Translations under genes and position numbers: made by a program
The notes under the pieces: model-generated
The model's database searches: none
What the model saw: the letters and a program-made list of their open reading frames with translations, nothing else
Told to the model about the DNA's origin: nothing
Part shown: in pieces, positions 38,001 through 50,181 of the stretch
Position numbering within the stretch: position 1 is the first letter of the stretch
Layout of the letters: each line of letters opens with the position of its first letter
Origin: Owenia fusiformis
Taxonomy: Eukaryota
Length of the DNA: 64,000 bases
Assembly: GCA_903813345.2 (NCBI GenBank)
Contig: CAIIXF020000001.1
Location: 5,704,001 to 5,768,000, forward strand
Reading direction: 5' to 3'

Positions 38001-41000
38001 AATGAATGTCTGAATACATATTTCCAAACTTTACATGGGGACTTTAAGGTTTGACCTGTAACAGGGGGACAGGACTTATTTGACACCCTATATACTGTAT
38101 ATACATTGTATATTGCTTTACTTACTCCTCACAGCGTACTGTTTTGGGGTCTACCACCATATCATCATTGGTGTCACAATTCACACGTTGAGGTTGGCCA
38201 TTTGTGCAAGTAATGTAGGAGTTACAATCTCTGAAGCATCTGATCCCATTTGGTTGGTTGGGGCAGTCATCACAGGGTGAGACAGCCACTGTAGAGGGAA
38301 CTTGTGTAGCAACTGTAGAGGGAACTTGTGTAGCACAGTTGTCTCTTGTACCACAGGGTGGACAGACATCTGGTATACTACAAACACAATGTATATGAAG
38401 AGGCTAATTGCACTTTCTACTGACAGCGTGTGAGTGAAGAGCTGTTGCTGAAATGTTGCCTTTTTACTGTAATATTGTCCTTTGTGTTTTTTTTGTGGTT
38501 TTTGTACTTTCAAAGGGAATGATCGGAAAACTGGTCTGTATCAGAATACATTGCCATCTGTTACCATATCTTTCATAATGGTAGATGGGAAATGGGAATC
38601 GTCTTGAACTTTTTATTTTCTATGAATTCAGTATGTGTTTGTGTAAGTATGTTCACAGCACATTTATCTTCGATAAAGATTTTTTCCATTTTCACTTGAC
38701 TTTATAGTGGTGTGGTGCCAAATCACACCATGAGTGCAGATTTTGCCAAAAGGAGACAATACTTACTACTTCCTAATAATCTTTGTCATGTTATGTACAA
38801 AATGATGAGGTTTTATAAAATATATTTTGTTTTGTGGGATTTGCTACTCCAGGGAGTTGCTGTTTTTCTAGTTCTATAAATATTAATGGTAAATGTCATA
38901 CTATACATTCATTTTAAGTAAAAATACTTACAGTGCACATTCCAGGGTGTCTGGGTCTACTACGAGGTTAGCGTCACATGTCACTCTGATAAGAAGACCT
39001 TCAAGACATTCATGATACTCCTTACAGTTGATGAAACACTTAGTTCCACTTGGTGCATTGGCACAGTCATCACACAATGATGGACGTTGGGATGTAGCAA
39101 TTGTTGGAGCACTTGTTGTAGTAGTTGTGGTAGGGGGTGGAGGTGGCTGAGTGGTGGGCTCAGGAGGAGTGGGGGCCTCTGTTGTTGTGGTTGGTTCTGC
39201 AGGGGGGGTAGTGGCAGGTATGGCTGTTGAGAGACTGGCTGTTCCACATGGAGGAAGTACCTCAGCTATCCTATATATTATGAATATATCAAAACTTACA
39301 GGTTCATCTACATCAATAATCTGCAAAAGGCTAACAGCCCATTTAAAGCAGATATATATAGCAGGTTATATTTCAACTTTCTAGTATGATTTATTTTTCC
39401 AATGAACAAAGTTCAGGTTCAAAAATGTGTCCTATCAATCTGTTCATCTGGCCAGACATTCTTTGCAAACTGAATGTGATTTCAGTAGGTAGATCTGCTG
39501 TTGAAGAATAGTTTTTAGTAGATATAGAACTGTCTGTATTCATTGATTTTGAATGAGCTCATGTGTTGAAGAGCATAAGCTCATATTGGTGGATTATCAA
39601 ATTACCAACCCAAAATATATCAATAATGGCTCATGTCTAGAGACATGAAGTTAAATTGTTAGTAATTAGATTATTTGTCAGGGGGTCATTAACAGAACTT
39701 TCGCAAAGTTACAAATTCATAATGCGTTACTTTATGAAATTCGTAAATATTTAAAAAATTACGATTGACTTACGAATTCGTAAAGTTACGAATCAGCCAT
39801 TAACAGAATGCTTTCGTAAGTCATTCATAAGTTTTATCGTTTGTAAACAAATTTAAAATTGTGACGTCATCTTATATCATTATTTAGCACAAATAAAAAT
39901 ATGATGTCATTTGATATCATTGCGCGTTGTGATTAAACCTGTCTCCGCGATTTCAAAGATTCCCAGCTCAGAAACATATTTGCTTATCATGTAAGAATAG
40001 GTGGATATTTTAGCTTGAAACTTAACATGCATATAAAGAACAATTTCTTTTTGCCAACCTGTATACCTTACATAAGAACTTGATGAGAAATTTGCCATTC
40101 GCAAAGTTATGAAAGGGTCTGAGGTGCTATTTAAGTTACGAACGAAAGCATATGTGACGTCATTTTTTCGTAACTTTGCGAATCGTTCGTAACTTTGCGA
40201 AAGTTCTGTTAATGCACATTTACCAAATTCGTAAAATTAACAATTGACTTGCGAATTCGTAACTTAACAAAAGTTCTGTTCATGGCCCCCAGATTAATTA
40301 AAACCAATTTGTGATAACATTTGAGGTAATATCCTTTAGATTCAGAGGTCTCTTCTGAGTAATTGTAATTAAGATATCTGCAACTTTATTATCCCATCGA
40401 ACGAAGTTCGGAGGGATATAGGGAACGCCTCCGTCCGTCCGTCCGTCCGTCCGTACGTCCGTCCGTCCGTCCGTCCGTCCGTCCGTCCGTCCGTCCGTCC
40501 GTCCGTCCGTCCGTCCGTCCGTCTGTCCGTCCGTCCCGATTTTGTTCATATTTCGTACATATATACCCTATGGGGGTAGAAGTTCTGCTCGAAAGCCGGT
40601 TTTCAAAATGGCCGCTCATTTCAAAATGGCGGCCATTTTAGTGCCGATTTTACAGTAATTTAGGTGTAATATGTAAAACTGTAATAGCAATATGTTTTAA
40701 ATGTAAAAAAATTATAAAGGACATTAATAATGCTACAAATGTAGATATTAAAGAAGCACATGGCAGCCATCTTGAAAAATGGCGGCCTTTACTCGTCATT
40801 TTACGATTTTTGCTATAACTCAAAAAATAGTGGAGCGATTTTGTTCATATTTGGTATGTGAATACTATAAGCATTGCACACTGTCTAAAGACACTTTTGG
40901 TAGAAGGCGGCCATTTTTCAAAATGGCCGCCATTTTAACATATTTTACTATAACTCGAAAAGTAGTGGAGCGATTTTGTTCATATTTGGTATGTGAATAC

Positions 41001-44000
41001 TATAAGCACGGCACACTGTCCTATGACACTTTTGGTAGAAGGCGGCCATTTTGAAAAAAAATGGCCGCCATTTTAACGTATTTTACTATAACTCGAAAAG
41101 TAGTGGAGCGATTTTGTTCATATTTGGTATGTGAATAATAAAAGCATGGCACACTGTCCTATTACACTTTTGGTAGAAGGCGGCCATTTTGAAAAAAAAT
41201 GTGAAAAATGGCCGCCATTTTATTAATGTATTTTACTATAACTCGAAAAGTAGTGGAGTGATTTTGTTCATATTTGGTATGTGAATACTATAAGCATGGC
41301 ACACTGTCTATTTCTAATGACACTTTGGGTAGACAGTGGCCATTTTGAAAAATGGCCACCATTTTAACGTATTTTACTATAACTCGAAAAGTAGTGGAGC
41401 CATTTTGTTCATATTTGATATGTGAATACTTTAAGCATGGCACATTGTCTAATAAAACTTAGGGGAGTAGTCGGCCATTTTGAAAAATGGCCACCATTTT
41501 TATGTGTGTTATTTTACAAGTACGTGTGCGATTTTTCAAAAATTTTAGAGGTGGCTACTTAAAAGCATATTATTTCTTCTGATAACTTGGCTAGTGAGCA
41601 ACCATTTTGAAAATGGTGGCCTTTCTGGTGTGTTGTTTTATGATATTTGCTATTCGTTTGTAAAAATGCCAGCCATTTCTGTTCGATGGGATTCGCTACG
41701 CTTTGGCGTTGCCGTTGTTCTGGTTTCATTTTGTTATATCATGATTCATTTATCTCTAAATGAGTAAAGTTTTGGATATGCTCAAGAAGAAAACAAATTT
41801 TGTTGTTGAGATTTGATCTCCTTGGAGTTGCTTACATTTCGTAATGCTATAAGTCACAGATATTTTAAATAAGTCACAGATATTTTACTTTTGGATTACA
41901 ACTTGAAAATGATTGAGATCATGATGTTTGTACATTTCATATGTTGCATAAGTGAGAATAAGTACAATGAACTCACGGCCTGCATGTTCCGGTTGTTGAA
42001 TCCACCACTGTACCAGCTTCACACACCAATGTATTACTTTCTCCATTCTCTGCACATATCACCAACACCTTATATGGTTGAAGATTTTCATATTTTAATA
42101 CAAAGGCCTTGAATTGAACATGATGCAGAACTGCCAAATTTGAATTGAACGATCGTGAACAGTCAAACTGTACATAATATTGTAACTATGTCTCAAACTG
42201 CTTTTGCAAAATTATTCAGAAACATTGTGATACCTCATAAATAAGTCATTATTTCATACTTTAATGTAGAGTCTGTTTAAAAATGCTGATTTAAATGTGA
42301 AGCTATGATTGGAAGGGAAGTTAACTCCACCATGTTTATTATTATTATTACCTGGCAATCTGAATAACACACAGTACCAGGTGTTGCGTTTGTACAGTTA
42401 CATGGATTAGGGTCTGTGGGGCATAGTCCTACATTCTCCCCTGTACCACATGGAGGGCAGACATTATATGGCCAGTCACAAACACCATTGTTCACATTAA
42501 AGACAAGACCTGAAAATGAAGCATGATTTGAATTGCTGTTTGTATCATTTTTATAGCAAAAGTGCTATATTGCCGTCATTTTGTGCTGATGGGTAGGTGG
42601 ATGGACAGATGTTCAGGCAGGCAGCCAGGCGCTACATAAATCAAATCTTGTCATCAACTTTCCAGGATAACCGCTTACCTATTTAACTTGAAATTTGTAG
42701 GCCATGCTGGGTAAATTGTGTTATGTTATATGGTAAGAAGTTCTAGAGCTGATTAACTTTTCGGCAGCCATCTTGCAGTCTGGTGGCCATTTTGGAAGTT
42801 TTTTAGATAAGTCTTGTCATCTCGATTTCAGGAAAACCAATAAACAGATTAACTTCAAATTTTTACACATGTTACATGGTAAGAAGTTCTAGCCCACACT
42901 GCTATGTTTTAGGTACAATATTGTTCGCCCTGTGCCTTGTTGTAACGGTAATTTGGTGTTTTTTCTAGTTGTTACGTTTAAAGAAAACTATTCTTTGCCA
43001 TACATGGGAGGAAATCGTAAATGAGCTAAAAGAGATGCATCTTTTTAAAGCAATAATGATGTGATATTTCTACTGACTCTTATATTAGTCTCTTTGTGTT
43101 TAGATAGATGGCCTACCATCAGGGCAGAATTGTCTGGTTGCAAAGTTTCCATTGCTGCATAAGTAGTATGTTGTACACCCTGTCTCTATATCGGGGTAGT
43201 AACCATCTGCTCTCCCTGTGCAATTCTTGTCTGACCCAGTTCCACATGGTGGAGGAGCTTCTGCTTCCCTATATACACAAGTTGTGTGGTTTCAGGATAA
43301 CTAAATATATTTTAAGTAATGTAAGAGGTTATTGTCTGATACTTATTTAGTTTGATTCACAGTGGTTTGTGTTTAAATGTTGGTTGGTTTTGGAATCTAA
43401 AAACAGGGCATTAACATGACAAAATGTCATCTCCTAGTTGCTCACAATATTATGAGGTATATCTTAAGTCAGATTTGAATTTCTGAGAAAAAAACCTTTT
43501 TGACCTTGAGAAGGTCATTGAAGGTCAAATCTTTTTTCACCTTGAGAATGTCATTGAAGGTCAAATCTATAGTCAGATTTGAACTTTTGAGAAATTGTAG
43601 ATGATTTTGAAGTCAGATTTGAACTTCTGATAACTTGTAGGTGATTTTGAAAAAAAATTGTCAGATTTGAATTTCTGAGAACTTGTAGGTGATTTTGAAA
43701 AAAAATTGGTCAATTTGAACAAGTTGAAAAAAGAACTTTTAACCTTTTTTCACCTTGAAAAGGTCATTGAAGGTCAAATCCTAAATATTCTGGTAGTCAG
43801 ATTTTAACTTCTGAAAACTTGTAGATGATTTTGAAAAAATTCAAGTCTGTCTAAACAGTATTTGTTAAGTTATTGGAAGTTGTAAGAATTTGTTACAGAC
43901 GCCGATCACCAACCACTGATTGCCAATCACCAACCACCAACCACCAATCACCAACCACTGATCGCCAAACCACCTACCGCCATCAAAAAACGGAGACCAT

Positions 44001-47000
44001 AACAATATGTCACCACTTTTTGTTGGTGACATAATGAAGAATTAATTACAGAATTAGTTATTAGATATGGATGCTTGACTTACGGGACACATCTTGCATT
44101 TTCAAAGTCAATAACTTCATAGTCTCCACAGGTTATTACGACTTCTACCTTGTTGAAACACCTAATTAATTCTTTACAGCCCACAGTACAGACATAACCA
44201 TCTGGTCGATTTGTACAATCACATTGCCCACACACCAGCTGTACACCTAAGTTATAAACAATTTGGTGCTGTATTGCTCATAGATACTCAATATCTCGTA
44301 CAAGTAATAGCATACTTTTGAGCAATAAGACAGATTAGCTTTGTGAGTTTAGAGGTTTTTCTGTAACATACAGAGTTTGAGACAAAACTAATTATTTATG
44401 CAAATAATATATAGAATGGTAATTACACTTGCACATAATACTGCATCTTAGAATGATAATAGTAACATGTTGGGAGTTATTGAATCTCAACCACTCTTTA
44501 TATTGCTGCGACAATTTCTGGGCTGTTTATACAACCCGCAATATTCTAGGTATTACTTAAAGGTGTTGTTATAATTATTAATTATTAAATTAAGACTATT
44601 ACGTGACAATATGAATGTGCTCACCTGTAACTGCCACCAAAATCAGTAAAAAACAGGTGTTGGACATCTTCATTTTGCAGTGACGTATTTTAAAAGGAGT
44701 AATGCTGCTTGTCAGTTTGTCAGTGTTAAAGGTCTCATAAAGGGGATTTGGGATGGGCTGAAAGTGTGGCATCTCTTTATAGTAAAATATCTTGAGGTTT
44801 ATATGAAACTTGTTTAATGGTAAATTGTATAAAAGGCAAATTATTTTAAGGCATAAACTAGAAGTAGTATTTGTTTATATTATATCTACCATGAGGTTGA
44901 TAACTTGAATGTTATGTATCAGGTATGCCCCTTATAGAGGCCTCATCTGAATTCTGTAAAGTACAATAGAATCTTGACTTTTTAGATAGCATATATGGGT
45001 CAAATACTGTCGAATATGCATGCTTGTTGCAATGCTTGACTCAATAGACTAAATGCCATTAAAAGTTGTTAATCAGCTTTAGTATCTCCCTAGAGTACAT
45101 GCTATCAAATCATGAAAATTAGAATATCTTCAAGACAAGATCTTATAAAATGACATAACATTGTGGGTCAGTTTAAACTTGAGACACCTGTTATCAGTAT
45201 GTTGTTTTAACAGTGGACAATGAACTTTGGCAACACACAATGGACTCTCTTGAAAGCCCATGAACATACTTAATCATGATAATTCATAGACTATTGTCTT
45301 TTAAAAAGAACAACTTCATTAATAATTAGTTATTTATTTCTATATTTTAATTTTAAAATATAATATAGGTGTCATATCTCATGCTCTTCAGTCTGTTTTC
45401 ATGACAAGCATCCAAGTTGTAAGTTACAAGTTCTACAATTTTATGTTTATAATTTAGAATTCATACATTCTTACAGATGTGCCCATCTACAGAAGGAGCT
45501 GCTCCTAGCTGCTATTGACTGTTGTGATGCCAAGTCTAAGACTGGAGGATACATCATCTATTCTACATGCTCTGTTATGGTAAGTTATTATACCAAGGAA
45601 TTACTCTTCGTTTTCCTGTCTAACAGAAATTAAAATAACTTAGAATTCAAAATCAGTTTAATACTGGGTTCTCCCCAGAATCTAATTGCATGGCGCTCCC
45701 CCCTGCTCACTCAATTTACCCCCCCCCCTGTCCCCCCCCTGCTTGCTTCACCCATCCAGGTTCCTCAATATAATCATAAACAGGCCAAGGGAAGAAGTCT
45801 TCGATTTTGAGGCAGCATGGGGGAGGTGGTTTGACATGCACCCCAGAAGATGCAGGGACAGGAGGCTTTAAGGAAATTGAACAATGAACACTACAACCAT
45901 ATTATCATGTAGTATTATTAAATAAAAGGTTTTCTAAATGAGATTTTGCAAGTGAAGAAATAATCCTGGGGAGCTCACTGTAATGAGTAATACATGTATT
46001 TTTTATGTTTTCAGTACCAGGAGAATGAAGATGTTATTGAGTATGCCTTGAAGAAACGCAATGTTAAATTGGTGTCTACAGAGCTGGACTTTGGCAGGGA
46101 GGGATTCACTAAGTATGTGCTTTTGTTTCATTTTATCTTGTATTAAGGTAGTTCTATGCTCAGAGGCCTAAATTTAATCAACAATAAATCATTCATCTAC
46201 AGAAATGGTCCTGATTTCTGTTTTTATCAGTATGTGTAGAAACTCCATCACATAGTATGCCCAAAAACTAATCAGTTCTTCATACCAAAAGACATCCCTA
46301 AAGATTTCAGATCAATATACCTAACGATGGCTTTAAACATGTAAAAACACTTTACACTTACAGACAAGAATTTAGCACAGAATATCAAAAATTGTCCCTT
46401 CAAATTTACCCGATTGCCCCAAAACTCAAAGACACCAGTAACAAGGACCAAATCAGGTGATTAGTCCTTGTCATTTTCCCACGGAACAAAGCTTCGAGAC
46501 GGATATAGAAAAGCTGTCCGTTTGTGTGTCTAGGGCAATTCAATTAAGTACATGTAATTCAATGCCACTAAGTGACCCCCATTTGTGGTAATGCCTCATG
46601 CAGAAGTGTGATTCTCATATTTTTCTAATCCTACAGCTCACATTTTTCAGGATGCAAGGCAAGAGGTTCCACCAGAACATGAAGTTGACTCGCAGATTCT
46701 ACCCTCATGCACATAACATGGATGGCTTCTTCGTGGCTAAACTGAAGAAATTCTCCAACAAAATCCCTGGACAAGGTACAGGTTCTTCCATTTGACATCT
46801 ATACAGCTACAAAGCTAAGAATTGCTACTAAAATGATGATACTGAGAAATGCACTGATTTGGGTTCAAGCACAATTTTTGATAATATAAAAAATATTAGA
46901 ATGTGTAGAAGTACATTTAACATTTGACTGAAAAAAATCATCCTATAAGTTTTTTAAGATAGAGCATTCAAAGCATTCAAGTATAGAGTAAATATATTGC

Positions 47001-47373
47001 TGTTTCAGAATCTGCAGGAGCAGAGGAAGAGAGCATTGACACAGAGGATAAGAAGGAATCTGATGATGAAACCACATCATCGCCTATATCCTCCACTACA
47101 GATAAAGCACAACAGAAAGGACAGAAAAATAAAAATAATCAAAGAGATAATTCAAAACCAAGAAGTAATCCCAAGAAACGCAAAATAATTGAAAGTGAGA
47201 CTGCCGATAAGGAAGAGAATAGTGAGGATGTTTCAAAATCTGAGTCAGTTAAAAAACAGAAAATGAAAAAGTCTCAATCATCTCTCTCTCCAAGTGGTAA
47301 ATCTAAAGTGAAGAAAGGTTCTACTCCAAGAAAAAATAAAGGAAAGATTTTTAAGAGGAAGAAAAAGTATTAA
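20099..47373 (+). CDS. NOP2: NOP2/NSUN1 (p120) 28S rRNA cytosine-C5 methyltransferase, about 752 aa, 18 coding exons
   Basis: join(20099..20204,21891..21930,22753..22859,23820..24020,24305..24411,25252..25350,26004..26145,26815..26908,27281..27383,27678..27767,28305..28392,29961..30101,30344..30483,31924..32033,45477..45579,46015..46112,46651..46775,47009..47373), total 2259 nt in one frame. Motifs: [92 protein letters not shown]. Confidence 0.96.
20710..21123. mobile_element. Kolobok-like palindromic MITE with TTAA TSD, inserted in another MITE
   Basis: TTAA|ggtcagggtgcatgatggg … cccatcatgcaccctgacc|TTAA; nearly the whole element is an inverted repeat. Confidence 0.85.
26146..26814 (+). other. 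U12-type (minor spliceosome) intron of NOP2, GT-AG subtype
   Basis: 5' splice site GTATCCTTT at 26146; branch site TTCCCTAAC at 26798-26806 just before the AG at 26813-26814; no polypyrimidine tract; removal restores the NOP2 frame (EIEKE-L-VQAADL). Confidence 0.9.
28337..28740 (+). repeat. 91-bp tandem array (4 full copies plus a partial) duplicating the 3' end of NOP2 exon 11 and its donor site
   Basis: Units beginning cataggcaa at 28337, 28428, 28519, 28610 and 28701; the four full units contain cccttag|gtgagt. Confidence 0.95.
28906..29547. mobile_element. GC/CpG-rich PIF-Harbinger/ISL2EU-like MITE
   Basis: TIRs tggcctagtcacatagcccggccgat / atcggccgggctatgtgactagacca; TAA flanks (or AT if the TIRs start one base inward). 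Confidence 0.85.
30120..30386 (+). repeat. ~60-bp diverged tandem array duplicating the acceptor and first codons of NOP2 exon 13
   Basis: acag|ct acceptor-like sites ending at 30164, 30223, 30283 and 30343; recurring ggtctta...tgatgtcatgtgt. Confidence 0.9.
30720..31728. mobile_element. Diverged ~1-kb foldback element
   Basis: aggaccatagtagctgggaca… / …tgtccctgctattatagtcct, with inner arms at about 30829-30960 and 31540-31662. Confidence 0.7.
32179..34956 (-). CDS. Nested antisense gene B: 94-aa secreted Cys-rich protein with one CBM14/peritrophin-A-like variant domain; complement(join(32179..32233,33029..33136,33708..33774,34902..34956))
   Basis: Phase-compatible GT-AG exons give [94 protein letters not shown]. 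Signal-peptide exon, minus-strand TATAAA at 34979-34991, AATAAA at 32078-32083. Clear paralog of the repeated domains of nested gene A. Confidence 0.85.
32496..32941. mobile_element. Tc1/mariner-like MITE in the last intron of nested gene B
   Basis: TA|cagtgtgtctcaaaa…tgttacactta … taagtgtaaca…ttttgagacacactg|TA. Confidence 0.8.
35960..36150 (-). pseudogene. Degraded non-LTR retrotransposon (LINE) reverse transcriptase fragment
   Basis: Minus-strand translation [44 protein letters not shown] contains the LINE RT DFxKAFDxV motif and an in-frame stop. Confidence 0.75.
36805..44673 (-). CDS. Nested antisense gene A: 437-aa secreted chitin-binding (CBM14/peritrophin-A-type) multidomain protein with a Pro/Thr mucin-like linker
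   Basis: complement(join(36805..36913,38126..38377,38932..39270,41977..42068,42352..42509,43117..43268,44084..44246,44625..44673)), 1314 nt in frame. Signal peptide [17 protein letters not shown]; canonical domain [53 protein letters not shown]; four variant domains ending in PPCG; minus-strand TATAAA at 44776-44781. Confidence 0.9.
39679..40292. mobile_element. MITE-like element with internal ttacgaa/ttcgtaa repeats
   Basis: gggggtcattaacagaacttt … aaagttctgttcatggccccc. Confidence 0.65.
40386..41727 (+). mobile_element. Helentron-associated (HINE/DINE-1-like) non-autonomous element
   Basis: Subterminal inverted repeats atcccatcgaac (40391) and gttcgatgggat (41681), (GTCC)n at about 40431-40535, about six ~120-bp central tandem repeats (40810-41500), 3' stem-loop gctacgctttggcgttgc. 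Confidence 0.8.
43410..44035 (-). repeat. Dispersed repeat with internal tandem units; related copies at about 2640-2865 and 47725-47905
   Basis: Shared agtcagatttgaacttctgagaacttgtag…ttttgaaaa units and a caccaaccac microsatellite. Confidence 0.7.
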
Positions 47374-50181
47374 TAGAGAACTATCTGATGTTGGAATCAG
47401 CCTTAAAATAAGAATAAGAGAAAAAAATAAAATACACATTTTTGCATTTGAATCATCACCATTACATTAGATATCATGGACATTTCTTGACATTTTTTTC
47501 TTGGCGTTTTTTTTTGGCCCACCCTGTAAATACAATTATATTTGTAAAGGCATAGTTGTTCATCCCTTCTTGCAAGATTCTACCCTCAAGGTGTCATCTT
47601 GCATGATGTCCAAGTATAAATACCATATGTACAATATTATTATTTAAATTACATTAAAATAAAGATGAATTAGTGAATAACTGGTGTTGTAAATGTTTCC
47701 AATAAAAGTTAGATGGATGCTGTCATTTTTATGTCACCGCCACAAGTAGTAACATATTGTTAGTCTCCAACTTTTTTGTGGACGGTGTTGGGCAGTTGGC
47801 ATTCAGTGGTCAGTATGTAAAAAATTCTAAAAACTTCTAAAAAGTGCTTTTTAGACTGACTTCATTTTATTTTCAAAATCACCTACAAGTTCTCAGAAGT
47901 TCAAAGGATGAGTCTGGGAATGAGTCTGGGTATAGACTTAGAAAATATTGAAAATTGTAATGTCTGAAAAACCAACTCAATCACACATATTATTAAACCT
48001 CAATATCTTATCCTTCTTCTGAGATTACAAAAATATCAATTTGTATCACAATTGATGAAGAATATTGGCATCAAAGGCAGTGCATATCACTTTGTCAGAA
48101 CTGAAAAAAAATCAATGGCAAATATTAAATGAATTATTTATGCAAAAAGTTTGAAACATATCTTCCAAAACATTGGTTACTTTCTTTGTATAGACATTGA
48201 ATGGTATTTCTGGATAAGTGAATTGGTGTTTATCTGGGTAATCAAGGGATTATAGTCACTCAAAGTTACTGAGCATCCAGTTTTGAGACTTCAATTGTGT
48301 TGGTGATGTTACACATATTTCAGTCAAATTCATGCTGAGCACAACATTTTGGTTTCAATTTTATAATCTCTATACATGACCCTGGTGATGAAGAGTCAGA
48401 ATCAGTGAAAAAACCTAAACCAGAAAACTGTGCTCATTGTGAAAACTAAAAGTGAAGCAACTTTTTTTCTGACATTTCTTACATCAAATGGCAACCATCT
48501 TGTTTTTCCCCCTTCAAATTAAACTGGCGGGAAATTCAAAAATTTGAAAAGATTTTAATCCTTAAATATATTTCAAAAATATGATTTTCTCTTTAATTCT
48601 TCATGGGTCTTAATTTTTTCTATGATAATGACTATATTTTTGTTTGTTAAGATACTTATTCCGACTCTCAGCAGGGGGTTAATTATGCATCAAAACTCGT
48701 GAAAAAGTAAATATACTTATCAAATATAACTAGGACAGTAATAAAAACCATATTTCACATACATTTGACTGAGAGACCAAAAGGGCATATACCCGGACAC
48801 ATCCTTTGACTTAGGTATGAACTTTGACCTTCAGTGACCTTCTCAAGGTCAACCAAAGAGGTCAGATAAACTAGTTTTATGTACAGTAAACCTGTGAGCT
48901 CTTGTAATCTATGGAGTTTCAGCCAAGTTAATTTTTTTGAAAATAACATGTCAGAAAAGCATCAAAATACAAGGGCCCACACAATTTATTAGCCAACTAC
49001 AAGCAATCCAAGATATACAAGATATGACGCAGAACTCAACTGACTCCTATTGCAATGTAGCAAATCAGAGTAATCTGCTGAAGTGACAGTGACTTCAAAC
49101 TATATGATAGTTTATAAGTTGTATATGCAAATCATCTTACTATAGAATATATTTATTTTAATATGTTACTTTTCATGTAATCATGATGAATGTTTTTGTA
49201 GTACAGTAAAGAATGATCAACAAAATATGATTATTTCAATTTAGATATTTTATTCCATACTGAGTTTTCATTTCCATTCTCTGAAATATGAAACACTGAA
49301 GGCAATTCAAGTGAATGTGTCACTAGAGTGAAGACTTTACAGACGTTAGATGTACACAAGAATATACTTTTAAGTTGAAATCCCTCTAAGTTGAACACTA
49401 AAAGTGTTTTGCAAGTATTCATCTTGAAGAGGTCGGTTTAACAATCAGAATTGAAATTGAATTGAAATTAATAATAAAAAGTGACCATGTGAAATATTCA
49501 CATAAGTGTTCATCTCGGAGGGTATTGAAAGGTTTTATTGGATGTTAAAACTACAATACATGAATTATAATGTATAACAGTGATGCCATCTAAAATGATA
49601 ATGTACAGGAATATTGATCCCGCGTATTAGAGACCTTGAAATTGCACTAAAAGGTAAAACCTGCAAGTGAATGTGAAATTACACATACACATACAGGTGG
49701 CATGTGTTTTTTAAGGTCTCTGAGTATATGACAATATCAATCAGGCATCATAGAAATCATTCGCTTAATACCATGATTTCTGTTGAATTGGAATTACAAG
49801 ATCGCAATAACCAAAATAAACTGTCTAACATGGAAATTATAAACAGTAAAGCCTGTATATCCGAAAACCTCTCTAATCTGAACAACTCTCAATGTGACTG
49901 CTTTTGTCAGTCCCATTTATTTTACCTTCCATGGTTTTTCATGTTTAAAACTCAAAATGTGAACACCTTCTTCAGTGATGTTCGGATTAGACAGATTTTA
50001 CTCTTTGTGTTAAAGTTAGCACAAAAACAATTTATTTAATTGATAATAACCACACCAGTCAATATAAATAGTGCACAAATGCATAAAATTGTAAAGTAAT
50101 AAGTACTATAGTATTTGATCAATGTCTTGTCAAACTGGAGATTTAAATCCTCAAAGTCAATCTGCTCCTTTTTGAAGAATT

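Noticed and set aside
40298-41054. ORFs with (TDGR)n and repeated [13 protein letters not shown]
   Set aside because: Translations of the (GTCC)n microsatellite and tandem repeats of the Helentron-like element
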